A stretch of DNA of 64,000 nucleotides from Eubacteriales bacterium (GTDB taxonomy: Bacteria > Bacillota > Clostridia > Oscillospirales > SIG627), in the NCBI GenBank assembly GCA_045602025.1, contig JAZSAT010000011.1, positions 11,173 through 75,172 of the forward strand, read 5' to 3'. The translations under genes and the position numbers were made by a program. Shown piece after piece: positions 27,711-36,430 of this stretch. The notes beneath the pieces were generated by a model. It saw only the letters and a list, made by a program, of their open reading frames with translations, was not told the origin of the DNA and did no database searches. How positions within the stretch are numbered: the stretch's first letter is position 1; every line of letters starts with the position of its first letter.

Positions 27711-29018
27711 ATGTTAAAGGTTATTAAATTCGGCGGTACCAGTCTTGCTAGCGCAGATCAGTTCCGCAAGGTTTCTGAAATTGTAAAAGCGGACAAGAGT
27801 CGCCGTTATGTGGTGGCATCTGCTCCCGGAAAGCGTTTTCCCGAGGACATTAAGGTGACAGACCTTCTGCTCTCCTGCTACCGCTTGGCAAAGGAAGGGG
27901 AATCCTTTGACGCTCCCTTCGAGCAGATCCGCGCACGCTTCAATGAGATCATTTCCGATCTTGGAATTGATTTCAGCTTGGAAGAAGAGTTTTCCGAGTT
28001 TTATGAAAGGGTCCGCAAGGGTGCCAGCGAAGCGTATATCGCTTCCCGCGGCGAGCATTTCAATTCCCGCATTTTAGCGGCATTTCTCGGCATTCCCTTT
28101 ATTGAAACGGCAGAGGGCATTATTTTTGATCAGAACGGAAAGCTTTTGGAAGAAGAAACCAATGAAAAATTAGGTGCGCTTCTGAGAAAGCAGCCCCGTG
28201 CGGTGCTTCCCGGCTTTTACGGTGCTACCGAGTTTGGGGATATCCGTATTTTCTCCCGCGGCGGTTCCGATATTACAGGTTCTCTTGCCGCTCGCGCCAT
28301 TAAGGCAGATCTTTATGAAAACTGGACCGATGTTTCCGGCCTTCTGATGGCAGACCCCCGCATTGTAGAGGGTCCCAAGGCAATTGATGTAGTTACCTAC
28401 CGTGAGCTTCGCGAGCTTTCCTATATGGGTGCAAGCGTGCTTCATGAGGATGCTATTTTCCCGGTGCGCAGAGAGGGGATCCCGATCAATATCCGTAACA
28501 CCAATGCCCCCGAGGATGCAGGTACCATGATCGTAGAGCAGGCTGAAAAAGGCGGCTCTGTGGTAACCGGTATTGCCGGTAAAAAAGGCTTCGGTGCCAT
28601 TTACATTGAAAAGGGTATGATGAATAACGAATTGGGCTTTGGCAGAAGAGTCCTTTCCGTTTTGGAAGAAAGAGGAATTAGCTTTGAGCATTTTCCCAGT
28701 GGCATCGATACGATGACCGTTGTGGTAGAGCGCGGTGCGCTTGTGGGCCATGAAAATGAATTGATCCACGCCCTGCAGAAGGCTGTTCATCCCGATCGCA
28801 TCCACCTGGTGGAGGATCTTTGCCTGATCGCGGTAGTGGGAAGAGGTATGATCGCTTCTCCCGGTACGGCAGCAAGACTTTTTACCGCTCTTGCCAAGGA
28901 AAATGTAAATATCCGTATGATCGACCAGGGCTCCAGCGAATTGAATATTATCGTTGCACTGGATGAAAAGGATTACGAGAAGGGCATTCGTGCCATCTAT
29001 TCTGCATTTAATTCCTGA
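27711..29018 (+). CDS. lysC: Aspartate kinase
   Basis: KFGGTS, SRGGSD, WTDV, C-terminal ACT domains (QGSSE). Confidence 0.9.
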   Translation: MLKVIKFGGTSLASADQFRKVSEIVKADKSRRYVVASAPGKRFPEDIKVTDLLLSCYRLAKEGESFDAPFEQIRARFNEIISDLGIDFSLEEEFSEFYERVRKGASEAYIASRGEHFNSRILAAFLGIPFIETAEGIIFDQNGKLLEEETNEKLGALLRKQPRAVLPGFYGATEFGDIRIFSRGGSDITGSLAARAIKADLYENWTDVSGLLMADPRIVEGPKAIDVVTYRELRELSYMGASVLHEDAIFPVRREGIPINIRNTNAPEDAGTMIVEQAEKGGSVVTGIAGKKGFGAIYIEKGMMNNELGFGRRVLSVLEERGISFEHFPSGIDTMTVVVERGALVGHENELIHALQKAVHPDRIHLVEDLCLIAVVGRGMIASPGTAARLFTALAKENVNIRMIDQGSSELNIIVALDEKDYEKGIRAIYSAFNS

Positions 29019-29042
29019 AAGACAAAGAAAGAAAAGTATTTT

Positions 29043-30338
29043 ATGATTTGTGAAAACTTAAAGGTTGAAGACGGCAGGCTTCTTTTCGCCGGAAGAGACC
29101 TAAGGGAAATTGCCGATCTTTACGGTACTCCCCTTTATTTGATGGACGAAGACCGCATCCGAGAAAAGTGCCGCATATATAAAAGTGCGATGCTGAAGGC
29201 CTTCGGTGAGAATGCCACCCCCCTGTATGCAGGCAAGGCCTGCGCCTTTCGCAGAATGTACCAAATCATGCAGGAAGAAAAAATGGGCGTGGAAGTGGTT
29301 TCCCCGGGCGAGATCTATACGGCAAAAAGTGCCGGTGCGGACCTTTCGGAAAGCTACTTTAACGGCAATAATAAGACCGATGAAGATATCCGTTTCGCCA
29401 TGGAGTGCGGTGTGGGATATTTTGTGGTGGATAATGAAGAAGAGATCGATGCCATCGACCGTGTAGGAGAAAAACTCGGCAAAAGCCAGAAGATCCTCCT
29501 TCGGATCACCCCCGGTATTGATACTCATACTTATGAAGAAATTGCCACCGGTCAGGTGGATTCCAAGTTCGGCTCTGCCATTGAAACAGGGCAGGCGATG
29601 GAGATCACAAAAAAAGCACTTTCGTCAAAAAGAGCACTTCTTGTAGGCTTTCAGTGTCATGTAGGCAGTCAGGTGTTCGATTCCGATACCTTTATCCGTT
29701 CTGCCCGTATTATGATGGAGTATCTTTCTACCGTGCGGGAGGAAACGGGCTTTGTAGCAAAGCAGCTTTCTCTTGGCGGCGGTTACGGTGTTCGCTACAC
29801 CGAAGAGGATCCCGAAATGGACCTTGAGGAAAATATTTTGCAGGTGGGAGCGGAAGTAAGAGCTCTTTGTGATAAGTACAATTTCCCTCAGCCGAAGATT
29901 TTACTTGAGCCGGGTAGGAGTATTGTTGCCGATGCAGGCCTTACGCTTTATTCCGTTGGTACGGTGAAGCGCATTCCCGGATATAAAAATTATGTTTCCG
30001 TCAACGGCGGTATGACCGACAATCCTCGGTTTGCCCTTTACGGCGCAGTACACACCCCTGTTCTTCCCGAAAAAATGGATGAAGAAAAGGATATGGTCTG
30101 CTCTGTAGTGGGTGCTTGCTGCGAAAGCGGTGATATTATTTGTGAGGGAGCCCGTCTTCCTTCCTCGGTAAAGAGAGACGATCTTCTTGCAGTTCTTACC
30201 ACCGGCGCGTACAACTATGCTATGGCTTCCAACTATAACCGCCATTTAAGGCTTCCTGTTGTAATGCTCTCAGGCGGCAAGGATTATGTAGCTGTTCGCA
30301 GAGAAACCTTTGAGGATTTGATCTCTTGTGATCTGTAA
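29043..30338 (+). CDS. lysA: Diaminopimelate decarboxylase
   Basis: YGTPLY, YAGKA, SKFG, HVGSQ, EPGRS, CESGD, GAYNY..ASNYN. Confidence 0.94.
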   Translation: MICENLKVEDGRLLFAGRDLREIADLYGTPLYLMDEDRIREKCRIYKSAMLKAFGENATPLYAGKACAFRRMYQIMQEEKMGVEVVSPGEIYTAKSAGADLSESYFNGNNKTDEDIRFAMECGVGYFVVDNEEEIDAIDRVGEKLGKSQKILLRITPGIDTHTYEEIATGQVDSKFGSAIETGQAMEITKKALSSKRALLVGFQCHVGSQVFDSDTFIRSARIMMEYLSTVREETGFVAKQLSLGGGYGVRYTEEDPEMDLEENILQVGAEVRALCDKYNFPQPKILLEPGRSIVADAGLTLYSVGTVKRIPGYKNYVSVNGGMTDNPRFALYGAVHTPVLPEKMDEEKDMVCSVVGACCESGDIICEGARLPSSVKRDDLLAVLTTGAYNYAMASNYNRHLRLPVVMLSGGKDYVAVRRETFEDLISCDL

Positions 30339-30371
30339 AAGAAAAAGAACCCGATTTCGGGTTCTTTTTTT
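30339..30371. terminator. Bidirectional terminator
   Basis: AAAAAGAACCCG-attt-CGGGTTCTTTTT. Confidence 0.8.
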
Positions 30372-30675
30372 ATATCAAAAACAATTCAAGCAGAAAGACC
30401 GTAGCACAGGAGATGCAGGCAACGGGGAAAAGCCCTGCTCCAAACCAAGCGGCTAAAATACCGATCACAAGGGCAACTGCTCCCGCTATGGGGGAATGGG
30501 TCGCTTCTATAATGGCGGGGAAGGTCATCACTGCCAAGGTCACATAAGGGACATAATATAAAAAAGAATGAACAAATTGGCTTTTGATGGGTTTTCGGAT
30601 CAGCGTCATGGGAAGCGTGCGGATCAGGTATGTAACGCCTGCCATAATAAGAATATAGATATAAGTGTTATGCAT
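30370..30675 (-). CDS. azlD: AzlD-family branched-chain amino acid transport protein
   Basis: MAGVTYLIR.LP, FLYYVPY; downstream of azlC. Confidence 0.8.
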   Translation of the reverse strand: MHNTYIYILIMAGVTYLIRTLPMTLIRKPIKSQFVHSFLYYVPYVTLAVMTFPAIIEATHSPIAGAVALVIGILAAWFGAGLFPVACISCATVFLLELFLI

Positions 30676-31393
30676 CTCGGTCCTCCTTTTCTACCTTCAC
30701 AGGGAAGAGGAAGGCACCAAGGGCTGAAATAAGAAGGGTCAGGATAATGGTGCGGCTTCCTTCCGAAAGGGTGTTCAAAAGGGGAAGGTAATGAAAAAGG
30801 CCGCTTGAAAGAAAACCGATTCCCACAAGAAGGGCGATCACACGGTTTTTCCTTGCAGGGGGAATGATAATAGCAAGGAACATACCGTAAAGGGCAACGC
30901 TCAAGGCTGAGACCACTCTTGCAGGCAGAATGTTTCCCGCAAGAATACCGAGGGATGTACCGATGGCCCAGGCGGGCATGGCAACGGTCATGGCACCGTA
31001 GTGATAAGGGGGGGATGTTGCTCCTTCTCTGGCAATGGAAATACCGAAAATTTCATCGGTTACAGCAAGGCCCATCAGAAGTCTGTGTAAAAGACCCGTT
31101 TTAGGCGAAATGCGCTGCGCGAGAGCAAAGCTCATTAAAAGATAGCGGGCATTGGTGATCAGGGTGATCAGTGCCATTTCCAAATAAGAAGCATTTGCAC
31201 CGATCAGGAGAAAGCCGGCATATTCCCCTGCAGAGGCATTGTTTAAAATACTGGCGAGAAACCCTTGGAAAGCATCAAGCCCTGCCTTTTTTGCAGCAAT
31301 TCCGAGGGAAAAGGAAACGGCAAAATATCCTAACGCAATGGGGATCCCGTCACGAAGGCCTTCCCGATAGGGAAGAGAGCGTGTTTTTTTCAT
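30668..31393 (-). CDS. azlC: AzlC-family permease
   Basis: PIALGY, ASAGE, NARY, TDEIF. Confidence 0.85.
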   Translation of the reverse strand: MKKTRSLPYREGLRDGIPIALGYFAVSFSLGIAAKKAGLDAFQGFLASILNNASAGEYAGFLLIGANASYLEMALITLITNARYLLMSFALAQRISPKTGLLHRLLMGLAVTDEIFGISIAREGATSPPYHYGAMTVAMPAWAIGTSLGILAGNILPARVVSALSVALYGMFLAIIIPPARKNRVIALLVGIGFLSSGLFHYLPLLNTLSEGSRTIILTLLISALGAFLFPVKVEKEDRDA

Positions 31394-31455
31394 AGCCTTT
31401 CCTTTCCGAAAATAAAATTGCAAAAGAAAAAAGCACTTCTTCCGAAGTGCTTTTT

Positions 31456-31532
31456 TGGTAGCGGAAGTCGGATTTGAACCAACGACCTGCCGGGTATGAA
31501 CCGGATGCTCTAGCCAACTGAGCTATTCCGCC
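31456..31532 (-). tRNA. tRNA-Met(CAT), probably elongator
   Basis: GGCGGAATAGCTCAG...TTCATAC loop...GGTTCAAATCC...CGCTACCA. Confidence 0.92.
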
Positions 31533-31559
31533 GAATACATCCTTGCGGATAAAAATAAG

Positions 31560-31637
31560 TGGGGTGGATAATCGGATTCGAACCGACGACCTCCAGGGCC
31601 ACAACCTGGCGCTCTAACCAACTGAGCTATATCCACC
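31560..31637 (-). tRNA. tRNA-His(GTG)
   Basis: G-1 GGTGGATATAGCTCAG...TTGTGGC loop...GTTCGAATCC...CCCCA. Confidence 0.94.
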
Positions 31638-31641
31638 ATAA

Positions 31642-31718
31642 TGGCGTGCTTTGAGGGATTCGAACCCCCGACCTACTGCTTAGAAGGCAGTTGCTCTATC
31701 CGGCTGAGCTAAAAGCAC
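31642..31718 (-). tRNA. tRNA-Arg(TCT)
   Basis: GTGCTTTTAGCTCAGCCGGATAGAGC...CTTCTAA loop...GTTCGAATCC...GCCA. Confidence 0.94.
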
Positions 31719-31722
31719 ATAG

Positions 31723-31796
<74 letters not shown>

Positions 31797-31929
31797 GTAG
31801 CACTCGGCTTAAAAAGCCGCTCGAATATAGTAACACAAAGAGACTCAATTGTCAATAACTTTTTGAAGAAAAAATCATCAAAATTTCCAAAAAAAATAAT
31901 AAAAAGCTGAAAAAATATTGAAAAAAGCC

Positions 31930-31958
31930 TTGACAAAGAGACTTCCAAAGCATATAAT
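31930..31958 (+). promoter_or_regulatory. Consensus sigma-A promoter for tRNA-Pro
   Basis: TTGACA-17-TATAAT. Confidence 0.85.
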
Positions 31959-31969
31959 ATTTAGGCTAT

Positions 31970-32045
31970 CTGGGTGTAGCGCAGATGGTAGCGCGCTACC
32001 TTGGGGTGGTAGAGGCCGTGGGTTCAAATCCCGCCACTCAGACCA
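31970..32045 (+). tRNA. tRNA-Pro(GGG)
   Basis: CTGGGTGTAGCGCAGATGGTAGCGCG...TTGGGGT loop...GGTTCAAATCC...GACCA. Confidence 0.93.
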
Positions 32046-32169
32046 GTAAAAGACAGGTTTCTTTAGAGACCTGTCTTTTTCATTTTTTCGGTCTTATTTA
32101 CAAGCCTTGTTTTTTGTGATAAATTATTATTATTGTTGATATTAGTTTTTATTTGTGAACGGAGATAAA

Positions 32170-33798
32170 ATGGAACCATTTCAGGAAGGAAAGACATTTT
32201 ATGCCTGCGGAACAGCGGTTATTGTCCGTGAGGATACTCGTGGTGAAACCCATATTTTTCGCGCGTCTGACGGTATTTGCCTTTCAAAGGAAGACCTTAC
32301 AGGCGGCGTTGTTTTTGGCGGCGGTAAGGGCGAGAGCTTAACTTGTACAAATGTAACAATGGAATCCGGCTTTTTAAAGGATCTTTTCGGCGGCGGTGAG
32401 GACGGTTTTGTCAAAAGCATAAAAATCTCTCTTTTGGGCGGATTGATCGAAAGATATTTTTGCGGCGGCGGACTGGATGATTCGGTCGGGAGTGTGGAAT
32501 TTTCTGCTATGGGCGGTGTTGTCCGCCATTCTGTTTTTGCTTTTGGTATGTCGAAGAGATGTGAGTGCGCTAATGTTTTGTATGACGGTACACTCTGCAC
32601 CAATTTTCGGCTTGGAAGCAAGCATTTAGATGCCGAGATCCTGGGCGAATCTCATTTTATAATGAAAAGCGGTCACATTTTTGATCTTGCCTTTGGGGCA
32701 AAAAAGCAAAAAGGCAGAATTGCCGCCGAGATCTGCGGCGGCACCGTGGAGCAGAGAATTTCTGCCAGATGTGAACCTGAGAAACTCTCTTTGAAATTAT
32801 ATGAAAATATTTTTTATCCCGACGGCCACGGAGGCTTTTTTCCAAGGCTTCCCGAAAGGCTCCCGATCTCCTATCTTCCCAAAATAAAAAAAGAGATGCA
32901 AAAAAGCAGAACAGGAAAGGACGCGTTCTTTTTTGATACTGCCGGAGAAAAGGGAAAGCTGGTTTTCCGCTTTTTCGGCCTGAGGCATCCGGAGGTATCC
33001 CACGATATTACGCCTTTTTCCGATTTCATCGGAGATGCTTTTCTCATTTCTTTTCCCAATGGACAACATATGCTTGTGGATACAGGAATGCCTTATGCTT
33101 ACGGCGAAATTTATAATTCCCTGAAAAAATTAAATGTAAAGAAAATTGATTTTCTTATGATAACGCATTCCCATATTGATCATATCGGTAATGCAGAGAA
33201 GATCCTTTTGGATTTTTCGGTTTCGGAGCTTTGGCTTCCCGATCTTGATATGGTTTTATCCGATGAAGAAGAAAAAATGGAAAAAGATCTCCTTTTAACA
33301 GCAAAACAAAAAGGAGTTCTTTTCAGAAAAGTGGGAAGAGGCGATCGTATTTTTGTGGGAGAAGGGGAGCTTTCTTCCGAAATTCTTATTCTGAATCCAA
33401 ACCGTGGGGATAAGGAGCTTGCGGATCCAAACGGTGTTTCCATCGCCTGTAAAGTAAGCTTTCAAAAAGGGTCTGCCATTCTCGGCGGTGATATTTCAGA
33501 GCGCGAGGAGAAACAGATCCTCTGCGATTTTCCCGGAGAGCTTGCGTGTGATCTTATAAAACTTTCCCATCACGGAATCGTTTATCAAAATTCTCCTGCT
33601 TTTATAGAGGCCTGTTCTCCCAAAAAAGCAGTCGTGCAAAATACAAGAGATGAGGGGGCCTTTGTTAAAATCACTTCTTTTGCACTGGAAAAGGCAAACG
33701 GCTTTTCCAAAGACAATCTTTTTGTTACAGGGAAACACGGAAAAATCAAAGTGATTTTATCCGATCAGGGAAAGCTTGAAATTGCAACGGAATTTTAA
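32170..33798 (+). CDS. ComEC/Rec2-type metallo-beta-lactamase-fold hydrolase with glycine-repeat N-terminal domain
   Basis: GDAFLI, LVDTG, THSHIDHIG, GGD, SHHG; N-terminal VFGGG/LFGGG/FCGGG repeats. Confidence 0.8.
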   Translation: MEPFQEGKTFYACGTAVIVREDTRGETHIFRASDGICLSKEDLTGGVVFGGGKGESLTCTNVTMESGFLKDLFGGGEDGFVKSIKISLLGGLIERYFCGGGLDDSVGSVEFSAMGGVVRHSVFAFGMSKRCECANVLYDGTLCTNFRLGSKHLDAEILGESHFIMKSGHIFDLAFGAKKQKGRIAAEICGGTVEQRISARCEPEKLSLKLYENIFYPDGHGGFFPRLPERLPISYLPKIKKEMQKSRTGKDAFFFDTAGEKGKLVFRFFGLRHPEVSHDITPFSDFIGDAFLISFPNGQHMLVDTGMPYAYGEIYNSLKKLNVKKIDFLMITHSHIDHIGNAEKILLDFSVSELWLPDLDMVLSDEEEKMEKDLLLTAKQKGVLFRKVGRGDRIFVGEGELSSEILILNPNRGDKELADPNGVSIACKVSFQKGSAILGGDISEREEKQILCDFPGELACDLIKLSHHGIVYQNSPAFIEACSPKKAVVQNTRDEGAFVKITSFALEKANGFSKDNLFVTGKHGKIKVILSDQGKLEIATEF

Positions 33799-33820
33799 AC
33801 CGTATCCGACGGATTTCCCC

Positions 33821-33849
33821 TTGATTTTGTGTGCTTTCTATGTTATAAT
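33821..33849 (+). promoter_or_regulatory. Sigma-A promoter for tRNA-Gly
   Basis: TTGATT-17-(TG)TATAAT. Confidence 0.75.
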
Positions 33850-33860
33850 TCTACCATCAA

Positions 33861-33934
33861 GCGGGTATAGTTCAGTGGTAGAATGTCAGCTTCCCAAGCT
33901 GAAAATGCGGGTTCGATTCCCGTTACCCGCTCCA
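33861..33934 (+). tRNA. tRNA-Gly(CCC)
   Basis: GCGGGTATAGTTCAGTGGTAGAA...TTCCCAA loop...GTTCGATTCC...CTCCA. Confidence 0.95.
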
Positions 33935-33937
33935 TGT

Positions 33938-33976
33938 AAAAAACCTCTTTTGCCTACCGGACAAAAGAGGTTTTTT
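33938..33976. repeat. Long hairpin (terminator-like); inverted paralog at 35111-35144
   Basis: AAAAAACCTCTTTTG-cctaccgga-CAAAAGAGGTTTTTT. Confidence 0.8.
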
Positions 33977-33977
33977 A

Positions 33978-34150
33978 CAATGATATCCGTTCCTGGCGGA
34001 ACGGGTGATATACCCTGCGGGTATGATATCTGCTTCGCAGATGATATATGCCTTCGGCATATGAAGGAACGGATATCATATCATGCTTGCGAAGCAAGTA
34101 TATCATACGCCGTTAGCCGTATATCATATCGCGTCAGCGATATATCATTG
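33978..34150. repeat. Mirror-symmetric array of TGATAT/ATATCA-delimited hairpins
   Basis: TGATAT at 33981, 34006, 34024, 34042; ATATCA at 34073, 34078, 34100, 34121, 34142; seven short stem-loops; terminal IR CAATGATAT/ATATCATTG. Confidence 0.85.
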
Positions 34151-34176
34151 AAAAACACAGCATTTTATGATATAAT
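34148..34176 (+). promoter_or_regulatory. Sigma-A promoter of four-helix-bundle gene
   Basis: TTGAAA-17-(TG)TATAAT; the -35 overlaps the array end. Confidence 0.75.
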
Positions 34177-34198
34177 GCCGTTGAAATAAGGTGTATTT

Positions 34199-34552
34199 GT
34201 GTCCGAAAACAAATTACTTGACTTATCTTTTGAATTTGCGGTTGCTATTGTTAATCTTGTTGACGGTGTAACTGCACCGAAAAGTTCTTATATGACCGAT
34301 CAGCTTGCAAGAGCCGGCACTTCTGTTGGAGCTAACATCCACGAAGCACAGTACGCACAGAGCAAGAAAGATTTTGTGGCAAAGTTAGAGATTGCACTCA
34401 AAGAATCCAACGAAACAAGTTATTGGTTGAAATTGATGTGCGAAACTAAAAGGATAGATAATGCAACCTATCAACACGCGGAGAAACTTTGCGGCAATAT
34501 CCGCAGACTGTTGATTGCATCTTGCAAAACCGCAAAGGAGAATAATAAATGA
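34199..34552 (+). CDS. Four-helix-bundle protein (TIGR02436 / 23S-IVP / Avd-like fold)
   Basis: DQLARAGTSVGANIHEAQYAQSKKDFVAKLEIALKESNETSYWL signature. Confidence 0.9.
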   Translation: MSENKLLDLSFEFAVAIVNLVDGVTAPKSSYMTDQLARAGTSVGANIHEAQYAQSKKDFVAKLEIALKESNETSYWLKLMCETKRIDNATYQHAEKLCGNIRRLLIASCKTAKENNK

Positions 34553-35037
34553 AACGCGTAATTGTAATCGGGTGTCCCGGAAGCGGCAAAACAACTTTTG
34601 CAGAAAAACTAAATAAGATAACAGGGTTGCCGCTGTATTATCTTGATGCTATTTGGCACAAGCCTGATAAAACGCATATCTTAAGGGAAGAATTTGATCA
34701 AAGAATACAAGAGATTTTTGCAACAGATGCGTGGATCATTGACGGCAATTACAGCAGGACGGTTGAAATGCGGCTTAGAGAATGCGATACCGTCATTCTC
34801 TTTGATCTGCCGACAGAGGTTTGCTTGCAGGGGGCAACGGAGCGGCTTGGAAAGGGTCGCTATGATCTGCCGTGGATAGAAAAAGAATTGGATCCGGAAT
34901 TCGAAGGCTTTATTAAAGACTTTTCCAAGCATTCTTTACCAAAACTATATGAGTTAATTGAAAAGTATCGAGCAGAAAAACAAGTAATCATTTTTAAAAG
35001 CAGAAAAGAAGCGGATGACTTTTTGAGTAGAGCATAA
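34549..35037 (+). CDS. FlaR/topology-modulation-type P-loop kinase (adenylate kinase-like)
   Basis: GCPGSGKT, LDAIWH, WIIDGNY; ATGA overlap with the upstream gene. Confidence 0.85.
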   Translation: MKRVIVIGCPGSGKTTFAEKLNKITGLPLYYLDAIWHKPDKTHILREEFDQRIQEIFATDAWIIDGNYSRTVEMRLRECDTVILFDLPTEVCLQGATERLGKGRYDLPWIEKELDPEFEGFIKDFSKHSLPKLYELIEKYRAEKQVIIFKSRKEADDFLSRA

Positions 35038-35110
35038 ATATACCTTTCCGGTAACCCTCCGATTGCCTTAGGTATATTTACTATTCAGTTGCGTATGGTA
35101 ACTCTTTCAA

Positions 35111-35144
35111 GAAACCCCTTTTGTCGGTAGGCAAAAAGGGGTTC
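35111..35144. repeat. Hairpin, inverted paralog of 33938-33976
   Basis: AAACCCCTTTTG-tcggtagg-CAAAAAGGGGTT; core TTTTGTCGGTAGGCAAAA is the reverse complement of TTTTGCCTACC(G)GACAAAA. Confidence 0.7.
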
Positions 35145-35306
35145 CCTTTTTAACTGAAACCACCCTTTTGGGTGGAGAAAGTATTTTTGTTGATTTTATG
35201 GAGAGCAACAGAAAAATGAATCATATGCCCGAGAAAGGATCTTCTTGATTTGTACGAAAAGAAATGGTAAAATCTTTTTAGAAAATTTCGGTCAATGGGA
35301 GAAGAT

Positions 35307-36209
35307 ATGTCCTACCGCGATCTGAATACTTACTTAAGAGAAAAATTCGGTAAAAAAATATATAAAATATCCCTTTCCACCCCTTTTACCTGTCCCAACC
35401 GTGATGGAACGAAGGGGGTAGGGGGATGCATCTTTTGTTCTGCATCCGGCAGCGGAAATTTTGCGGCAAAAGGGAGCGATCCCGTATCCCTTCAGCTTTT
35501 GGAAGGAAAAGAAAGGGTAAAGAATAAGATACGCGGAGAAGCGGGCTATATTGCCTATTTTCAGTCCTTTTCTTCTACTTACGGAGATGTTTCCGTGCAA
35601 AGAAAAGTTTTCTACGAAGCCATCTCGGATCCTGAGGTGGTTGCTCTTTCCGTTGCCACCCGTCCGGACTGTTTACCCGAAGAGGTTTTGGACCTTTTGG
35701 AAGAGATCAACCGTACAAAGCCTGTTTGGGTGGAGCTTGGGTTTCAGACGGCAAAGGTGGAAACTGTCGAATTGATCCGTCGCGGCTATGACAACAGCGT
35801 TTATTTAGAAGCGGTATCCAACTTGAAGAAAAGAGGAATTCCTGTGATCGTTCATCTGATCCTGGGTCTTCCCGGGGAGGATCATAATGATGAGATTCGT
35901 TCCCTTCGCTATGCAATCAGAGAGGGCGTGGAAGGGGTAAAATTTCACCTTCTCCATGTGCTTCGGGGAACGGATCTTGCAGAAATGGACTATGAGGCTC
36001 TTTCCTTGGAGGAGTATGTATGGCGTGTAACAGATCTGATCCGATATGTTCCGAAAAACGTTGTGATCCACAGGCTCACCGGTGACGGAGATAAAAAAGA
36101 ATTGATTGCCCCCCTTTGGAGCGGCGATAAAAAGAGAGTGCTGGCAGAGATCGCAAAGCGCATACGAAGAGAAAATATTGTGCAGGGGGAAGCACTTTTT
36201 CAAAAATAA
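35307..36209 (+). CDS. TIGR01212-family radical SAM protein (YhcC/YtqA-like)
   Basis: FTCPNRDG...GCIFC, YFQ, TRPDC, VELG.Q, HRLTGD. Confidence 0.9.
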   Translation: MSYRDLNTYLREKFGKKIYKISLSTPFTCPNRDGTKGVGGCIFCSASGSGNFAAKGSDPVSLQLLEGKERVKNKIRGEAGYIAYFQSFSSTYGDVSVQRKVFYEAISDPEVVALSVATRPDCLPEEVLDLLEEINRTKPVWVELGFQTAKVETVELIRRGYDNSVYLEAVSNLKKRGIPVIVHLILGLPGEDHNDEIRSLRYAIREGVEGVKFHLLHVLRGTDLAEMDYEALSLEEYVWRVTDLIRYVPKNVVIHRLTGDGDKKELIAPLWSGDKKRVLAEIAKRIRRENIVQGEALFQK

Positions 36210-36229
36210 GAAATTTTTTCAAAAACCTC

Positions 36230-36258
36230 TTGACAAATACCGCTTGCTCTGTTAAAAT
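36230..36258 (+). promoter_or_regulatory. Sigma-A promoter for tRNA-Glu
   Basis: TTGACA-17-TAAAAT. Confidence 0.8.
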
Positions 36259-36270
36259 AACCAAGTCTTC

Positions 36271-36345
36271 GGCCCGTTGGTCAAGCGGTTAAGACACCGC
36301 CCTTTCACGGCGGTAACATGGGTTCGATTCCCGTACGGGTCACCA
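36271..36345 (+). tRNA. tRNA-Glu(TTC)
   Basis: GGCCCGTTGGTCAAGCGGTTAAGAC...CTTTCAC loop...GTTCGATTCC...CACCA. Confidence 0.95.
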
Positions 36346-36430
36346 GCAAAAAAGGACTTGCGAGAGCAAGTCCTTTTTTTTGCAGATTATTGATATAAAT
36401 AAATATGTATTGATAAAAAACGGAGTCAAT

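Noticed and set aside
26811-30338. Incomplete lysine pathway (no asd, dapB, dapL/dapF)
   Set aside because: These genes are often elsewhere; absence from one window is uninformative.
33978-34150. CRISPR array
   Set aside because: The constant part is only 6 bp, units are 18-25 bp and self-complementary, orientation flips midway, and no cas genes are present.
33776-34189. 137-aa ORF
   Set aside because: Runs through tRNA-Gly, a hairpin and the array; its DI/ISY repeats just translate GATAT/ATATCA.
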